The translations under genes were made by a program, and so were the position numbers. A stretch of DNA of 5,213 nucleotides, from the IMG/VR virus record IMGVR_UViG_3300038585_000084; one strand, written 5' to 3'. The stretch comes from a virus. Below the pieces are notes generated by a model. The model had not been told where the DNA came from. It saw nothing but the letters and a program-made list of their open reading frames with translations, and did not search any database. The first letter of the stretch is position 1, and each line of letters opens with the position of its first letter. Of the stretch, positions 4,335 to 5,213 are shown piece after piece.

Positions 4335-5213
4335 TTATTCTGCTATTTCTTTACCTTGTGGAAGCCCATTTGTTCCTGTCATATAACTTACGAACGCCAT
4401 AAATTGATTGAATAATTTACCGCTTACATTTACTAAACTTGGATATTCTGCCTTTAATTCGTTTGCGAATTTTTCCACTTTTTTATTCCACTCAAACTTA
4501 TCTTGATCTAGTTTTAATCCTCTTTTTTGTACGTCAAGTTTTTCGTATTCCATTTGTACTCTTTTAACTATTGCAGTTACTTCTTTATTTGTCAATTTGA
4601 TTTGTGCATTTTTTAACGTATTGTTTAGTCCTGCTTCTATTACTTGATAATCTACAATTTTTATTTTTTGGTCTGCAGTTGCTTTATCTATTCTATTTTG
4701 TGTTTCTAGTGCAATTATTTGTTCTTTTAGTTGTTTAACTTCTTCCTCCATTCTCTCTATTTCTTTTGTAGTCTTATTTTTTAGAATGTCCGTTAGTTCC
4801 TTCTGTGCTTGCATTAACGAAGTTTTTGCTTCTAAGTTGTCAACATTTGCACTTAATTGATTCCTTACTCCTCCTGCTTCGTTTGTTGTTTGCTCTTTTA
4901 TGTTTTCCGTTTCAGATTCTGTCTTATCTGTATTTGCTTGCAAGTTTTGTATTTGTGCTCCCATCATTAATGCACTCATGTCCATATATGGAGCGTGTTT
5001 ATAGCTTCCTCCTCCTGCACTTCCTCCGCTTTGACTTCCTGCGGTCGTTCCTCCTCCTCCTGACATTCCATACATTAGTGCTGGGTTTAGTCCTGCATCT
5101 TTAATGTGTTTCATTTGATTTCCGTAATTTGTGTAATCCCACATATCCTTTTGTAAGTTGTGTCCTTGTTCATTTAGTTGTTGTTGATTTTGATATTGTA
5201 TATCCATGAGTTC
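4335..5213 (-). CDS. VP2: VP2 DNA pilot/minor capsid protein (phiX174 H analogue), C-terminal 290 aa plus 2 upstream codons; the true start is at 219 across the junction
   Basis: It contains the MKHIKDAGLNPALMYG motif (the AGLNP block conserved in microvirus VP2), a Gly/Ser-rich tract (5004-5069) and a long Lys/Glu/Gln-rich helical, coiled-coil-like C-terminal half. Its TAA (4335-4337) abuts the VP4 ATG (4332-4334). The frame remains open at the window edge. Confidence 0.85.
   Translation of the reverse strand, partial: ELMDIQYQNQQQLNEQGHNLQKDMWDYTNYGNQMKHIKDAGLNPALMYGMSGGGGTTAGSQSGGSAGGGSYKHAPYMDMSALMMGAQIQNLQANTDKTESETENIKEQTTNEAGGVRNQLSANVDNLEAKTSLMQAQKELTDILKNKTTKEIERMEEEVKQLKEQIIALETQNRIDKATADQKIKIVDYQVIEAGLNNTLKNAQIKLTNKEVTAIVKRVQMEYEKLDVQKRGLKLDQDKFEWNKKVEKFANELKAEYPSLVNVSGKLFNQFMAFVSYMTGTNGLPQGKEIAE
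5103..5213. repeat. Right copy of the terminal direct repeat (circular-genome overlap)
   Basis: Identical to 1-111. The offset of 5102 nt equals the genome length. Confidence 0.97.

Larger units (their letters stand above)
1..5102 (-). other. One full unit of a circular Microviridae ssDNA phage genome (5102 nt); the coding/viral-sense strand is the window's - strand
   Basis: Exact 111-nt terminal redundancy gives a 5102-nt period. The gene set (F-like major capsid, H-like pilot protein, HUH Rep) plus a few small ORFs is all on one strand. Size and compaction are typical of Microviridae. Confidence 0.88.

Noticed and set aside
5004-5069. The Gly/Ser-rich tract (GMSGGGGTTAGSQSGGSAGGGS, TCC/TCCTCC-rich DNA) as a tandem repeat or low-complexity artefact.
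   Set aside because: It is in frame within VP2 and is not a strict nucleotide tandem repeat. It looks like a flexible linker between the N-terminal AGLNP region and the helical C-terminal half.
104-5104. All ten + strand ORFs in the supplied track (60-124 aa), for example 300-581, 624-890, 2728-3057, 3235-3519, 3644-4018, 4075-4386 and 4805-5104.
   Set aside because: All are extremely Leu/Phe/Ser/Cys-rich and low in complexity, and nearly all lie mainly antisense to well-supported - strand genes. The + strand is T-rich and A-poor, so stop codons are rare and long spurious frames are expected. None has a recognisable motif.
1-5213. A defence system, toxin-antitoxin pair, integrase/attachment site, tRNA, rRNA or CRISPR array.
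   Set aside because: There are no repeat-spacer structures and no tRNA-like cloverleaf segments that I could spot in the short non-coding stretches. No ORF has recombinase, nuclease-defence or toxin motifs. The whole coding capacity is accounted for by phage structural and replication genes plus small ORFs.

Overview
The window is one complete, circularly permuted genome of a small ssDNA phage of the family Microviridae (gokushovirus/alpavirus-like, not phiX-like). Bases 1-111 are identical to bases 5103-5213, so the unit length is 5102 nt and the window edges are a linearisation artefact. All credible genes lie on the - strand. The + strand is visibly T-rich, which produces long spurious Leu/Phe-rich antisense ORFs. 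Gene order in the direction of transcription is: VP2 pilot/minor capsid protein (starts at 219, crosses the junction, ends at 4335, 328 aa), VP4 rolling-circle Rep (4334-3378), three small unknown ORFs (57 aa, missing from the supplied track; a strongly basic 64 aa; 94 aa, or 68 aa from an internal start), VP1 major capsid (2712-700, 670 aa), a 115-aa ORF (696-349), and a 129-nt segment (348-220) that is either a hairpin-rich intergenic region or a 38-aa basic mini-ORF. Genes are packed very tightly, with two TAAATG stop/start junctions. Against the AT-rich background, four GC-rich hairpins stand out. One is built from atypical GGG GGG/CCC CCC codons inside the 5' end of the Rep gene, about 36 nt downstream of a CCAAACTTAATA motif that resembles the phiX174 origin layout. 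I see no tRNA, rRNA, CRISPR, transposon, integrase or recognisable defence system. The uncharacterised content is the small-ORF cassette, the 115-aa ORF, the enlarged capsid insertion and the candidate origin and structure elements. No homology statement could be checked by a search. They rest on motifs I recognise in the translations.
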